Shown in pieces: positions 1 through 9,041 of a stretch of DNA of 38,254 nucleotides (position 1 is the first letter of the stretch; each line of letters starts with the position of its first letter). The notes beneath the pieces are model-generated. The model worked only from the letters and a program-made list of their open reading frames with translations. It made no database searches and was not told where the DNA came from. The DNA comes from a virus (lineage: Duplodnaviria; Caudoviricetes), in the IMG/VR virus record IMGVR_UViG_3300001749_000063, positions 1-38,254 of that record; one strand, given 5' to 3'. The translations under genes and the position numbers were made by a program.

Positions 1-95
1 ACCATTAGTTTGTAGTCACTTGAATCAGCCATTACAGCTGCTGAGCAAGTTAGTAATGAGCCAAGAGCGATGGTTTTTAAAAGTGTACGTTTCAT
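1..95 (-). CDS. 5' end of a secreted protein, paralog of 1775..2182 (runs off window)
   Basis: Manual translation MKRTLLKTIALGSLLTCSAAVMADSSDYKLM, nearly identical to the N-terminus of 1775..2182; signal-peptide-like. Confidence 0.85.
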   Translation of the reverse strand, partial: MKRTLLKTIALGSLLTCSAAVMADSSDYKLM

Positions 96-143
96 GGTTT
101 GTCTTTCCTAATTAAGTTAGTCGCGCTTGTTGCCGACAACTGA

Positions 144-226
144 ACTTTAGAGTAATAGCTCAGCGCCGACAAACGAGAAAAACAAACTCAATAAGTGAAG
201 AAAATTAACCTATAGACTTTAGTCTA
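144..226 (-). promoter_or_regulatory. Sigma70-like promoter (TTGTCG-17-TAAAGT) with upstream palindrome TAGACTTTAGTCTA (213-226)
   Basis: -35, -10 and palindrome are identical in the paralog's upstream region while the 17-nt spacer differs. Confidence 0.65.
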
Positions 227-365
227 ATATACGTACAAATTTAAATGTTTAACAGCGTGTAAACCAGCGTAATTACTGCTTGTTTTGAAAAAGGTTTTAA
301 AACGAATCTTATGCTGTAGCTACGCAAACAAGCCTATGAGCTGTACAAAAATCAGTCTTTATAAT

Positions 366-1622
366 TTATTTTGTTTTTATGCTTTTGGCGACTTTTCCTA
401 CGCTCAAGCCTTGCACTAAAATTGAAAAAACCACCACCGCATAAGTTAAAGCCAATAATATATTACGCTGCGATCCATCAGGTAGCTGCAACACCAGTGC
501 CACCGAAATACCGCCACGTAACCCTCCCCAGGTTAACACTTTCCATGCACCGCTGGGCAGCTCGAGCTGTTTATTAAAAATAGTTGTTGTTAGGCCAACC
601 ACAATAAGACGTGCGCATAGCGCAATTAAAATGGTTAAAACGCCCGCCACCAGCAAATTAGCTGAGTACACAATCATTACCACTTCAAGGCCAATTAGCA
701 CAAATAAAATGGCATTTAAAATTTCATCAATTAGCTCCCAAAACAAATCAACATAGTGGCGAGTTTTATCACTCATGGCTAAATTACGGCCATGATTACC
801 CACCATTAATCCCACCATAACCATCGCAAGTGGCCCCGATAAGTGCCAGTGACTCGCCAATGCATAACCGCCTATAACACCCGCTAGCGTAAGTAATACT
901 TCTTCTTGGTAGCTATCTATTGCTTTTAATAAAGAATTTAAAGCACCGCCCAATATTAAACCAAATATTATACCGCCCCCCGCTTCAACAGCGAGTGTAT
1001 GAGCCACTGAGTATGTAGTTGGAATATCACCACTGGTTAAAATTCCTAATAAAAGCGCAAATACCACCACGCCTATACCATCATTAAATAGCGACTCCCC
1101 CGCTATTACGGTTTCAATACTTTTAGGCGCGCCAGCAGAGCGTAAAATACCCATCACCGCTATCGGATCGGTTGGCGAAATCAACGCACCAAATAATAAA
1201 CACCATATAAACGATAAATTAAATCCCAATAAAGGCACTACTACATATAACGCTGTAGCAATAATCACTGTTGAAACTAGCGTACCCACACACGCTAAAA
1301 TACCTATGGGTAATTTATAACGTCTTAAGTCACTTACATTAACGTGCAGCGCCCCAGCAAAAAGCAGCATTGAGAGCATGCCATCGAGCAATACATGAGT
1401 AAAATTGAGTTGATCAAGTAGGCTTACTTCGTAATCAATAAGTTCATCAAACCCTAAAAAGCCCAAAAATATGGCCGCAATAGACACTAAAAGCGAAATA
1501 ACCATCACCCCAATGGTGGTTGGCAGGCCAATAAACCGATGATTTATATAAGCAAGTAATGCGGTTAAAGATAAAAAAATCGCGCTAATTTCAAATATAC
1601 TCAACGTACTGGTGACATCCAT
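366..1622 (-). CDS. Na+/H+ antiporter, CPA1 (NhaP-like) family
   Basis: 418 aa polytopic membrane protein; FGALISPTDPIAV, GESLFNDG and WGGLRGGIS motifs. Confidence 0.93.
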   Translation of the reverse strand: MDVTSTLSIFEISAIFLSLTALLAYINHRFIGLPTTIGVMVISLLVSIAAIFLGFLGFDELIDYEVSLLDQLNFTHVLLDGMLSMLLFAGALHVNVSDLRRYKLPIGILACVGTLVSTVIIATALYVVVPLLGFNLSFIWCLLFGALISPTDPIAVMGILRSAGAPKSIETVIAGESLFNDGIGVVVFALLLGILTSGDIPTTYSVAHTLAVEAGGGIIFGLILGGALNSLLKAIDSYQEEVLLTLAGVIGGYALASHWHLSGPLAMVMVGLMVGNHGRNLAMSDKTRHYVDLFWELIDEILNAILFVLIGLEVVMIVYSANLLVAGVLTILIALCARLIVVGLTTTIFNKQLELPSGAWKVLTWGGLRGGISVALVLQLPDGSQRNILLALTYAVVVFSILVQGLSVGKVAKSIKTK

Positions 1623-1698
1623 AATCTAGCTCTCTTAAATTTAAAGCCTAATAGGTAGTTTCCACTTTCATGATTTGCACTTTTTAACCGTGCAACGC

Positions 1699-1738
1699 AA
1701 AAAGCCCATGTTAAGAATAAACCTAACATGGGCTTTTT
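1699..1738. terminator. Intrinsic terminator after 1775..2182
   Basis: AAAAAGCCCATGTTA...TAACATGGGCTTTTT inverted repeat. Confidence 0.8.
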
Positions 1739-1774
1739 ATACACTGGCTTAATTAAAGCATGTTTAGTGCTTTT

Positions 1775-2182
1775 TTATAGCGCAAGCTCTTCTTTAGCAA
1801 GTGTTAAATTATGCGATACCATTGTACTGTTAGACATTTGCGCTGCCTCGTACAAATCAGCAATGGCTGCTGTGTCATTATTTGATTTTAAGCGCGCAAC
1901 ACCTCGGTTACTTAACGCGAATGACGTAAGTTGGCGTACTTTAAATTTAGGGCCGTCTGCATCTTTTAAAAGTGCAATTGCTTTTGTACAAATTGCTTCA
2001 GCCTCTGCATAGTTTTTTGACTTAACATTCAGTGCGCAACTATTAAATGACTGCTCAATTGGCTGCGGTGCAGTCGCTTGTTCGATAACCATTAATTTGT
2101 AGTCACTTGTATCAGCCATTACAGCAGCTGAGCAAGTTAATAAAGAGCCAAGAGCGATGGTTTTGATAAGTGAGCTTTTCAT
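1775..2182 (-). CDS. Secreted TPR-like helical protein
   Basis: N-terminal signal peptide; TPR-like ALSNRGVARLKSNNDTAAIADLYEA. Confidence 0.7.
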   Translation of the reverse strand: MKSSLIKTIALGSLLTCSAAVMADTSDYKLMVIEQATAPQPIEQSFNSCALNVKSKNYAEAEAICTKAIALLKDADGPKFKVRQLTSFALSNRGVARLKSNNDTAAIADLYEAAQMSNSTMVSHNLTLAKEELAL

Positions 2183-2227
2183 GATTATATTCCTGTTGAG
2201 TTAGTCGTGCTTGTTGCCGACAATTCA

Positions 2228-2310
2228 ACTTTAGAGAATTAACACAAAACCGACAAACGATTAAAACAAAACCAATAAGTGAAGAAAATTAACTTATAGA
2301 CTTTAGTCTA
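2228..2310 (-). promoter_or_regulatory. Second copy of the TTGTCG-17-TAAAGT promoter with palindrome TAGACTTTAGTCTA (2297-2310)
   Basis: Direct comparison with 144-226. Confidence 0.65.
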
Positions 2311-2756
2311 ATGCAAATTACTAATTTAGGGCAATTAGTATTTATACAATCAGTAACCGAACCCGCTCTTTACTTAGTCCGTTCAAGTAGCTTAACTTTT
2401 CCATAACAGCTTCAAACTTAAAGCCTATGTCTGCAGCATCATTTATCCACCAAACCAGCTGTTAAAGCACCAAGTGCTTAGCAAATTTGCGTTTGATTTA
2501 CTTTGGACCGGTAATAACTATTTGCAAAAAGGTTAGCAAGCCATGGGCTATAACGGCGCGCCCCCTTACTTTTAATTCGTGATTGTGGATTGGAACAAAA
2601 CTCAAACTTGAGGTATTACTACAAAGTTCCATAACATCATTTATCACCCAAACCTATAAACTCCCTCGCCCATATGCCATAATCTAAATAATTCATTATT
2701 TTAGTAACTTGGCGCGTATTTAGGCGTTTATAAGTTAACTACTCAGGGTTTTCAGT

Positions 2757-2816
2757 ATGGCATATCAAGAGCAAAATCAAGCAACAATCTACTGGCACGA
2801 CTATACTCAAAACTAA
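2757..2816 (+). pseudogene. sbcB: Displaced native 5' end of exonuclease I gene, truncated by prophage insertion
   Basis: MAYQEQNQATIYWHDY then TQN-stop; ExoI proteins begin with a T-x-x-(W/F)HDYET motif. Confidence 0.85.
2790..2800 (+). repeat. Left attachment core TACTGGCACGA (may extend by CTAT)
   Basis: Repeated at 38244-38254, where the window ends. Confidence 0.9.
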
Positions 2817-2859
2817 TTAAATTATTGTTTTAAATGATTTAAATTAACCAGTAAAAATA

Positions 2860-2883
2860 ATTTATACACACATTTATACACAC
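2860..2883 (+). repeat. Tandem ATTTATACACAC x2, probable integrase arm-type sites
   Basis: Same TATACAC motif occurs three times at 38074-38121. Confidence 0.75.
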
Positions 2884-3250
2884 AACCAGTTCAAACCGTT
2901 TCGTAATCACTTCACTTACTCCACTTTTGGCGCTGCCAATCCTTTTTTGAAAGTACCGTTTTTAAATTTCAGTTTTGTTTTTTATTAAGCATCTGTTTTA
3001 TATTGATTTTGTCACCTGTCTTAAAATGTACTCTGATCCTCAAAACCTCACATAAACGAGCTAAGTTATTGTTTAATGGTTTCATTATTTTAAATTCATT
3101 ATGAATTACAGGCCCTTAAACTGTAAAACAGTGAAATTAATCACGATCTTTTCAGATCCTTGTTCCGCTAAGAACCTTATATAGGCCGCTGGCTGGCGGT
3201 TTAAGTGAAGTACTTAAAAACTGTAAAAATTTAACGATAAAGAGCGCGCA

Positions 3251-3269
3251 GGAGGGTGAGGAAGAGTGC
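3251..3269 (+). other. Candidate cos site GGAGGGTGAGGAAGAGTGC
   Basis: Purine/G-rich 19-mer loosely like the P2 cos, between the last tail gene and att as in HP1-type genomes. Confidence 0.4.
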
Positions 3270-3371
3270 GGATTCCGTGGCATACATTCTGTGTGGGGCT
3301 ATTTTCCGTGAGTGAAACTACGCTGGCCAACACAGACGCTGTTAACTTTGCTGCAGTGAGTGTCGGGCAAT

Positions 3372-3394
3372 AAAAAACCCAGCGGGGTGCTGGG
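3372..3394 (-). terminator. Terminator of the late tail operon
   Basis: CCCAGC-N5-GCTGGG stem followed by T6 on the minus strand. Confidence 0.8.
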
Positions 3395-3415
3395 CTTGTT
3401 TAGATAGCTTTGGTG

Positions 3416-4177
3416 CTATTTTGTTATTGGGTCGAGCCTTCCTTTTTGGTCGTCGGCTTGTGATGCTTGACCGCTGAAGTCACCTGCTTGTTCTGGTGCT
3501 TGGGTTTTTGCTGTTCCTGCAGCAACGCCCGGGTGTGTGTGGCTTGCACATGTATTAGCCAAGGCACTGACTGTTGCCATTAACTCTGATAATAACTTAA
3601 GTACGTTCTCGCCTTCACTGCCTAACCATGTTTTTGGGCTGCGGTGGTCTTGCTCTTTAGTTGCTATTACTTTGCGGGTTTCACATTGTAAGTCTGCTAA
3701 TTTGCCGATGATATCTTTTAATGATTCGTCGGTTTTGTTTTCAAAGTTGCCTTGCTCATCAATGCGTTGATAAACACCTTCACGTACTTGTGTACGGGTT
3801 TCACCTTCTTTGATTGCGGGTAGGTCCCAACCAAACGGTAGTACTGTTCTAATAAATGGTTTATCGGCTCGGCCATAGGCAAAGCCAATTTCTACAATAG
3901 AATTAATAGCCGGCGGTTCTAATCGGCCTGCTTTATCACCCGCACCTGGTAATGGTAACGGCACGGCTTGAAGTGGTTTCGATTTGGTATCTGTTCCGTT
4001 TTCGTCAATAAGCTGAACGTTAACAGCATAGCGTGGATAGAATGCATCGCTGCCGCGTTCGCCGTCTTCGGTGGGTAGTTCTGGCAATGCAACTACTCTG
4101 CCCCAGCGTGGCAAATGCAACTGGCCTGTTAGTTCGGGGAATAGTTTACGAATGATTCTATGAATTACTTTTTCCAT
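3416..4177 (-). CDS. Baseplate spike-like protein (HP1 Orf35 C-terminal part)
   Basis: Gp5/gpV-like OB region (IVEIGFAYGRADKPFIR), HTH (SHTHPG) tip motif, last tail gene. Confidence 0.7.
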   Translation of the reverse strand: MEKVIHRIIRKLFPELTGQLHLPRWGRVVALPELPTEDGERGSDAFYPRYAVNVQLIDENGTDTKSKPLQAVPLPLPGAGDKAGRLEPPAINSIVEIGFAYGRADKPFIRTVLPFGWDLPAIKEGETRTQVREGVYQRIDEQGNFENKTDESLKDIIGKLADLQCETRKVIATKEQDHRSPKTWLGSEGENVLKLLSELMATVSALANTCASHTHPGVAAGTAKTQAPEQAGDFSGQASQADDQKGRLDPITK

Positions 4178-4179
4178 GA

Positions 4180-4869
4180 TCACCAACTTATTTGCATGTT
4201 AGTGCCTTTGAACTCAACGGCGGTTATGCGCTCATCATTGGCGGTTACGTTTGGACGTACCATTGGGGCGGCTGGTATTGTGGCGGTTTTGCCTGCTTGA
4301 TGATCAGTCATTAGGCCGTTAGCAATTTTTACTGGTTTATCTGCCCAAAACGAGTCAGCATAACTGCCCACGTAAACTTTGCCATTGCCCTGTTGATACC
4401 ATACAAAATCATCAATCTTAAATGCGCGGCCTATGTTGTTTAACATGGCATAGCCTGAGCAATCGGAGTAAAAGCACGGTATTGCTGTATCAGCATAGCC
4501 AGCGCTTGGTATTACAAACTCAATACCTGTTTGTGCTGTAATTTCGTCAAGCACTTGGCGCATGGTTGGGTGGCGTAGCATTACACTTAAGTTATACGCG
4601 AGTGATGCGGACCATTCACGGCAAAACAGCGTGTACCAGCCATTAACCGACGGCATTGCACGTTCTACATAGCCACTAAAAACACGGTCAACCACATCGC
4701 CCCAGCCAAGATCAACTTTAACCTGTGCAAGCTTATCTGCTTTTTGATTAACGGTGATTTGGCATGTACCAGGCGTTGATGATTGAAGTACTACCCAGTG
4801 GTCTTTCATATCAACTTTTTCATCGTTGATATAAGCGCGGGCAATAAAGCGAGCGTTTGGGGTTGCCAT
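4180..4869 (-). CDS. Baseplate hub-like protein (HP1 Orf35 N-terminal part)
   Basis: Synteny; WYQQGNGKVYVGSYADSFW motif recalled from HP1/K139-type tails. Confidence 0.65.
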   Translation of the reverse strand: MATPNARFIARAYINDEKVDMKDHWVVLQSSTPGTCQITVNQKADKLAQVKVDLGWGDVVDRVFSGYVERAMPSVNGWYTLFCREWSASLAYNLSVMLRHPTMRQVLDEITAQTGIEFVIPSAGYADTAIPCFYSDCSGYAMLNNIGRAFKIDDFVWYQQGNGKVYVGSYADSFWADKPVKIANGLMTDHQAGKTATIPAAPMVRPNVTANDERITAVEFKGTNMQISW

Positions 4870-5360
4870 TATGCGGTTCTCAACTTTGCAAAATTATCGG
4901 TTAGATGCTGGTTAATATTCGCATATTGCACACCACTATCACCGCCCTGAACATTGGCCGTTGCATCGGGTGTACGTTCTTCAACCTTTTGCGGCACTGA
5001 ACGGTATTCAGCAAGGGTAAAACTGACCGCCCATTGGCGGGTTGTTTCTTGCTCGACCGCTTCAACTTTGCTGCTAAAGCGCACTTGCTTAACACCCAGT
5101 GCGCTGGCCGTGTTGTTACTAATGCGATAAATAGCACGGGCGCCGCTTTCGGTGGCTTCGGCCATGTTAAACAGCTCGGCTAAATGCTCTGCTTTGTTAA
5201 ATGGCAATAAGCCATTAACCGACAGCACTTTAGCCTTAATACCTGTTTCGGCCACGTCGGTGCTAGAGCTTTGCCCGCTGGCATCTTCGCTGGCAAGCTC
5301 TTGGCTTGCCGTAATGCGAAGTGATTTTAGAGTAATTGCAGTCGAGTTTAAAGAAAGCAT
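4869..5360 (-). CDS. Baseplate/tail protein (HP1 Orf34-like)
   Basis: EDASGQSSSTDVAETGIKAK motif; start set at ATG 5360, which has a GGAG SD. Confidence 0.65.
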   Translation of the reverse strand: MLSLNSTAITLKSLRITASQELASEDASGQSSSTDVAETGIKAKVLSVNGLLPFNKAEHLAELFNMAEATESGARAIYRISNNTASALGVKQVRFSSKVEAVEQETTRQWAVSFTLAEYRSVPQKVEERTPDATANVQGGDSGVQYANINQHLTDNFAKLRTA

Positions 5361-5370
5361 AATAAAACTC

Positions 5371-5601
5371 CTATTCAGTGCTTCTGTAATCCGAAAGGCT
5401 TTGAAGCGCCTCCTTATTGATGTCACCGCCCTGATAAATAAATGAACGATAAAAACAATCTATCGGCTCTTTATTTTCATCAACATAAACATCTACTCGA
5501 AAAGATGCTTTATTGTTTTTATCAAGTGCAATATCACCAATCATGTGTATTGCGTCAGTAACCATTAACCCGCTTTCTAACTCTCTATTTTTTATAAACA
5601 T
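5371..5601 (-). CDS. Small hypothetical protein, possible tail-fibre chaperone
   Basis: 76 aa, directly after the fibre gene, same AT-rich composition. Confidence 0.55.
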   Translation of the reverse strand: MFIKNRELESGLMVTDAIHMIGDIALDKNNKASFRVDVYVDENKEPIDCFYRSFIYQGGDINKEALQSLSDYRSTE

Positions 5602-5602
5602 T

Positions 5603-8395
5603 TTACACCTCTGCTTTCCAAATATATTCTATAAATTGTCCAACACTCCACGGCTGTCCATTTGCATTAATAACAGCTAAAGTGAATCCCGACGTTTGAT
5701 TTGCCACATCTTTAACAATTGGAATCGAAGAACCAATAATTCCCTTATTGTGAGTAATCGTTATAATAGGTTTTTTATGGAATGAGTTATCAAATGTTAT
5801 TGGCGATGTTGTTGCTGGGCCTTCACCTTCAGCTACCCAAATTGTACCTTTTCCTGACTGGGCAACTCCATAAACCGCTGTTTCGCTAGCAATCGATAAC
5901 CCATTACCAACTTTCCATAAGTCACTAGCATTCATTGATATACTTTTAGGTGCTAACCCCGATGCGGGAGAGATGGCAATCCCACTAATGGCTAATGGTG
6001 TTTCCGCAACAAAACCATCAGCATTAATTGACCATTCAACAACTGCTCCTCTATTTTTTAAAGTCAACGCTGACTTTTTATGTGCATCGCCTTTAGCTTT
6101 AACGTTCGAAAAATCAAGCACGCCACCAATTACACAATATTCCCCAAAAGAAACAGAGTTACCGCCAGCATCAATCATTCCTCTTGTAGTCGTGGTTCCA
6201 TACATAACCACTTCGGCACCTCTTAGTGAGTGTTTTGTGGATTTCATTTCTCCAAACTGCACGGGAACTAGATTCACCCTTGGCGAAACAACTTTAGTTC
6301 CAGGCGCTAGGTATGAATCGTGTCCGCTTGGATTATAACCTTGCAAAAACCCACCAAAACCACAACGTTCAGCATTTCCATGCATATTTGCTGCTTGCAC
6401 CCCTCCTTGCCCTGTTGTTGTTACACTTCCGCCGACAAAACAATCCCTGTTTATTGCATCGCCAACACTACCGCTACTCCCGTACGTAGCGCCGTGCCTC
6501 TCAGCATGAAAATCCCCATAAAACCTGCAATTTTGTGAGGCTGCTATTACTAATCCATAGTCAAGCCCGCTTGTTTTATCTGACTTTTGAAAGGCTCTCA
6601 TTCCTTTTCCATCACAGTTATATCCCCTGTTTACACTAAGCGCATGTGTACCTCCTAATAACTCAACATCTAACCCAGAAAAATCTCCCCCAATAACATT
6701 TTCCAGCTTAACTCCTAATAAAGAGCCATAAGCACCTTCATTTGTAATATTTACTTTTCCGCTAACTTTTATTTTCCTTGCAGGTAATTTTATAATTTTT
6801 GTCCCCGCTTCATAATTATCAAACAGCGGGCCATCAATTATCACATTTGGATTAATGTCTGTAACTTGATGGTACTCGCCCTTCCTATATGCGGCTCTAT
6901 ATCCAGACCATGATCCATCGACAGGACTCCAAATCGATATTACATCCCCCACTTTAAGTCCTTCATAGCTCCCTATATTTTGCACCCCTTCAGCCAAATC
7001 AAATGCTGTTACTCCAACTTCTGTTTGTCCAGCTTCACCAATAGTTACTACTGGCTTTACAAATTGGTGCTGGTCTTTATTTAAAACAAACTCAACTTCA
7101 CCAAAATCTATAGAATTAGGTTTTTCAAAAACTAAGGGCGCTGAAATTCTAATTTTTCCGCTAAACCCAAAAACATCTTTACCATTCGAAAACTCAGCAA
7201 TAGCTTTTAATTTTTCTGTTTCATCATTTGTTCCGGTTAAGTCTAATTTGAATTGACTAACATCAACTCCTTTATCACTGCTCTTTTCGCTTAAAATTAA
7301 AGGCTTATTATTGTTCTTTAGAAATAAAACACCTTGCTCTAAGTCTAAGCTTTCAATTATTCCATTCTGCTGGGGTATTAAAGTAAATAGAGTGTTTTTT
7401 TTATCGTTAGGCCATTTGTTAACCTGTAAGCCAGTATGGTCGAGAACTTCTTTTCCGATTAAACTGGATAATGTTCCAACCAATATCCCACCATTACCGT
7501 TTAGCATGTCTGCTTGATAAGCATTAACTTTTTCAACCCAAATTTTATTGGCACTTTCACTATCTGTTCTTAAATCTAAAACCGTATCAAATGCAGTTAC
7601 TTCAGCTAATTTATTAACGTAATGTTTGACACCTGCGGCATCGGTGTAATCATCTATCTCAGTGTCACTAACAGTGAACATTAAGGACGGCGACCACGTG
7701 CTGCTTGCATCGCCTTCAAACCAGGCATCTACATAAACAAATTTAGGGTAACTTTCTACGGTAAAAATATGCTCGTTCTCTAGTTCTACACGTAGGCCGC
7801 TTACGTAACCAACACCAGGTAATATTTTAAATGTATTTACCGTTTCTCTTGGTTCTACTTTAAAACCGTCATCAATAAACCAATCTTTACCATTCATATC
7901 AGCGGCTAACTGTTGGGTTAGTTTATCCATGCCTTGCAGGCGGGCGGTAAAGTCTAGCTGCCATGTTTCTGGGGCTACAGTAATACCGGTTAGGTCGGCA
8001 ATGCCTGAGTACTCAATACCAAAGTTACGATTTAGGGTGTTACCTGCAACACCTTCGGCGGTGGCGGTTTTTGGCGTAGTTGGTACATGGTTAATTGCAA
8101 CTAATGTATCGTTAATTGCTGAATACAAGCCTACCCAGTTAAATTCGAACGGGCCTGTAATGCTGTCGAGCACTGTTGAGTAAACCACTACGTTTTCGTT
8201 TATACGCCCATTTTGCTGCACTATTTGTTGGTGCACAATATGCTCAGTCGGTATACCCTCCTCGCGATTAACTGGCGCTGCTGGGTCTTGTCCTGGCACG
8301 TTTGCAAAAATAAATGTGTCTATGTCTAGTTGCTCATTAGCTTGTGCTTTAGCAGCAAAAAGTTTCTCACCTGCAATTGTAATTATTGAAGCCAT
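5603..8395 (-). CDS. Tail fibre/tailspike with tail-collar N-terminus and probable beta-helix body
   Basis: N-terminal GPFEFNWVGL and TWQLDFTARL motifs; Gly/Val/Asn-rich beta-type C-terminal two thirds. Confidence 0.85.
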   Translation of the reverse strand: MASIITIAGEKLFAAKAQANEQLDIDTFIFANVPGQDPAAPVNREEGIPTEHIVHQQIVQQNGRINENVVVYSTVLDSITGPFEFNWVGLYSAINDTLVAINHVPTTPKTATAEGVAGNTLNRNFGIEYSGIADLTGITVAPETWQLDFTARLQGMDKLTQQLAADMNGKDWFIDDGFKVEPRETVNTFKILPGVGYVSGLRVELENEHIFTVESYPKFVYVDAWFEGDASSTWSPSLMFTVSDTEIDDYTDAAGVKHYVNKLAEVTAFDTVLDLRTDSESANKIWVEKVNAYQADMLNGNGGILVGTLSSLIGKEVLDHTGLQVNKWPNDKKNTLFTLIPQQNGIIESLDLEQGVLFLKNNNKPLILSEKSSDKGVDVSQFKLDLTGTNDETEKLKAIAEFSNGKDVFGFSGKIRISAPLVFEKPNSIDFGEVEFVLNKDQHQFVKPVVTIGEAGQTEVGVTAFDLAEGVQNIGSYEGLKVGDVISIWSPVDGSWSGYRAAYRKGEYHQVTDINPNVIIDGPLFDNYEAGTKIIKLPARKIKVSGKVNITNEGAYGSLLGVKLENVIGGDFSGLDVELLGGTHALSVNRGYNCDGKGMRAFQKSDKTSGLDYGLVIAASQNCRFYGDFHAERHGATYGSSGSVGDAINRDCFVGGSVTTTGQGGVQAANMHGNAERCGFGGFLQGYNPSGHDSYLAPGTKVVSPRVNLVPVQFGEMKSTKHSLRGAEVVMYGTTTTRGMIDAGGNSVSFGEYCVIGGVLDFSNVKAKGDAHKKSALTLKNRGAVVEWSINADGFVAETPLAISGIAISPASGLAPKSISMNASDLWKVGNGLSIASETAVYGVAQSGKGTIWVAEGEGPATTSPITFDNSFHKKPIITITHNKGIIGSSIPIVKDVANQTSGFTLAVINANGQPWSVGQFIEYIWKAEV

Positions 8396-8396
8396 G

Positions 8397-9041
8397 TTAA
8401 TTCCTCTCGTTAGCTAATAAGCTGTTATTTGTTGCAATAATAAAATGTGATTCATTGTCCATAACCGCTAAGCCTAGTTTTGGGCTCATGTCGTCGCTGT
8501 ACTTGGCAAAGCCAGTTAGGCTATCAAGCGAAAAGTCATTAGGCGGTGCAATTAGTGGCATGCTGGCAATGGTGCTGTATTCATAACGGCGTGTGGTTCG
8601 CCCGTATTGCCTGCAAATGTTGTCTATCAGTTGGTTGCGCTCTGCTAAATCTGAGTCAAGCAGTTGCAAGCTAATTACGTCCCAATCTGTGGCGCTTACC
8701 CGTTCGTCTATGGTGATCCACGGGGTGCCGAGTTTTTCAAACATGTAATACCAGCCGTTTTTTGTGCCTGCGCCTTTGGCAAATTGCAGGGCGAACTTAA
8801 CGCGGATGCGGTAGGTTTGTTCTGTTTCGTTTGGTATTTGGGTAATGTCGCGTTCCCATGCTAGTAAGTGCACTAGCTCAAGTTCGGCGGTCATTGGGTC
8901 TAGTTGCTTGGCTGGCCATGCGAGCATGTCACTAACGCGCTGCCAAAATAGCACCGCGCCTTGGCGTAGCTTGTCTAGCTCGCTGTTTGGGCGGGCTAGC
9001 CAGTATTTAAGCTTTGTTATTTCGTGCCAATCAATGTTCAT
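8397..9041 (-). CDS. Baseplate wedge/tail protein (P2 gpI-like)
   Basis: LDPMTAELELVHLLAWERDI motif; follows gpJ. Confidence 0.8.
   Translation of the reverse strand: MNIDWHEITKLKYWLARPNSELDKLRQGAVLFWQRVSDMLAWPAKQLDPMTAELELVHLLAWERDITQIPNETEQTYRIRVKFALQFAKGAGTKNGWYYMFEKLGTPWITIDERVSATDWDVISLQLLDSDLAERNQLIDNICRQYGRTTRRYEYSTIASMPLIAPPNDFSLDSLTGFAKYSDDMSPKLGLAVMDNESHFIIATNNSLLANERN

Noticed and set aside
2330-2690. Possible gene remnant with repeated CATCATTTATC(C/A)(A/C)CCAAACC near 2438 and 2635
   Set aside because: Only short ORFs with no recognisable product; two imperfect copies are too little to call
3121-3131. CTGTAAAACAG as a LexA box
   Set aside because: Spacing is too short for CTGT-N8-ACAG
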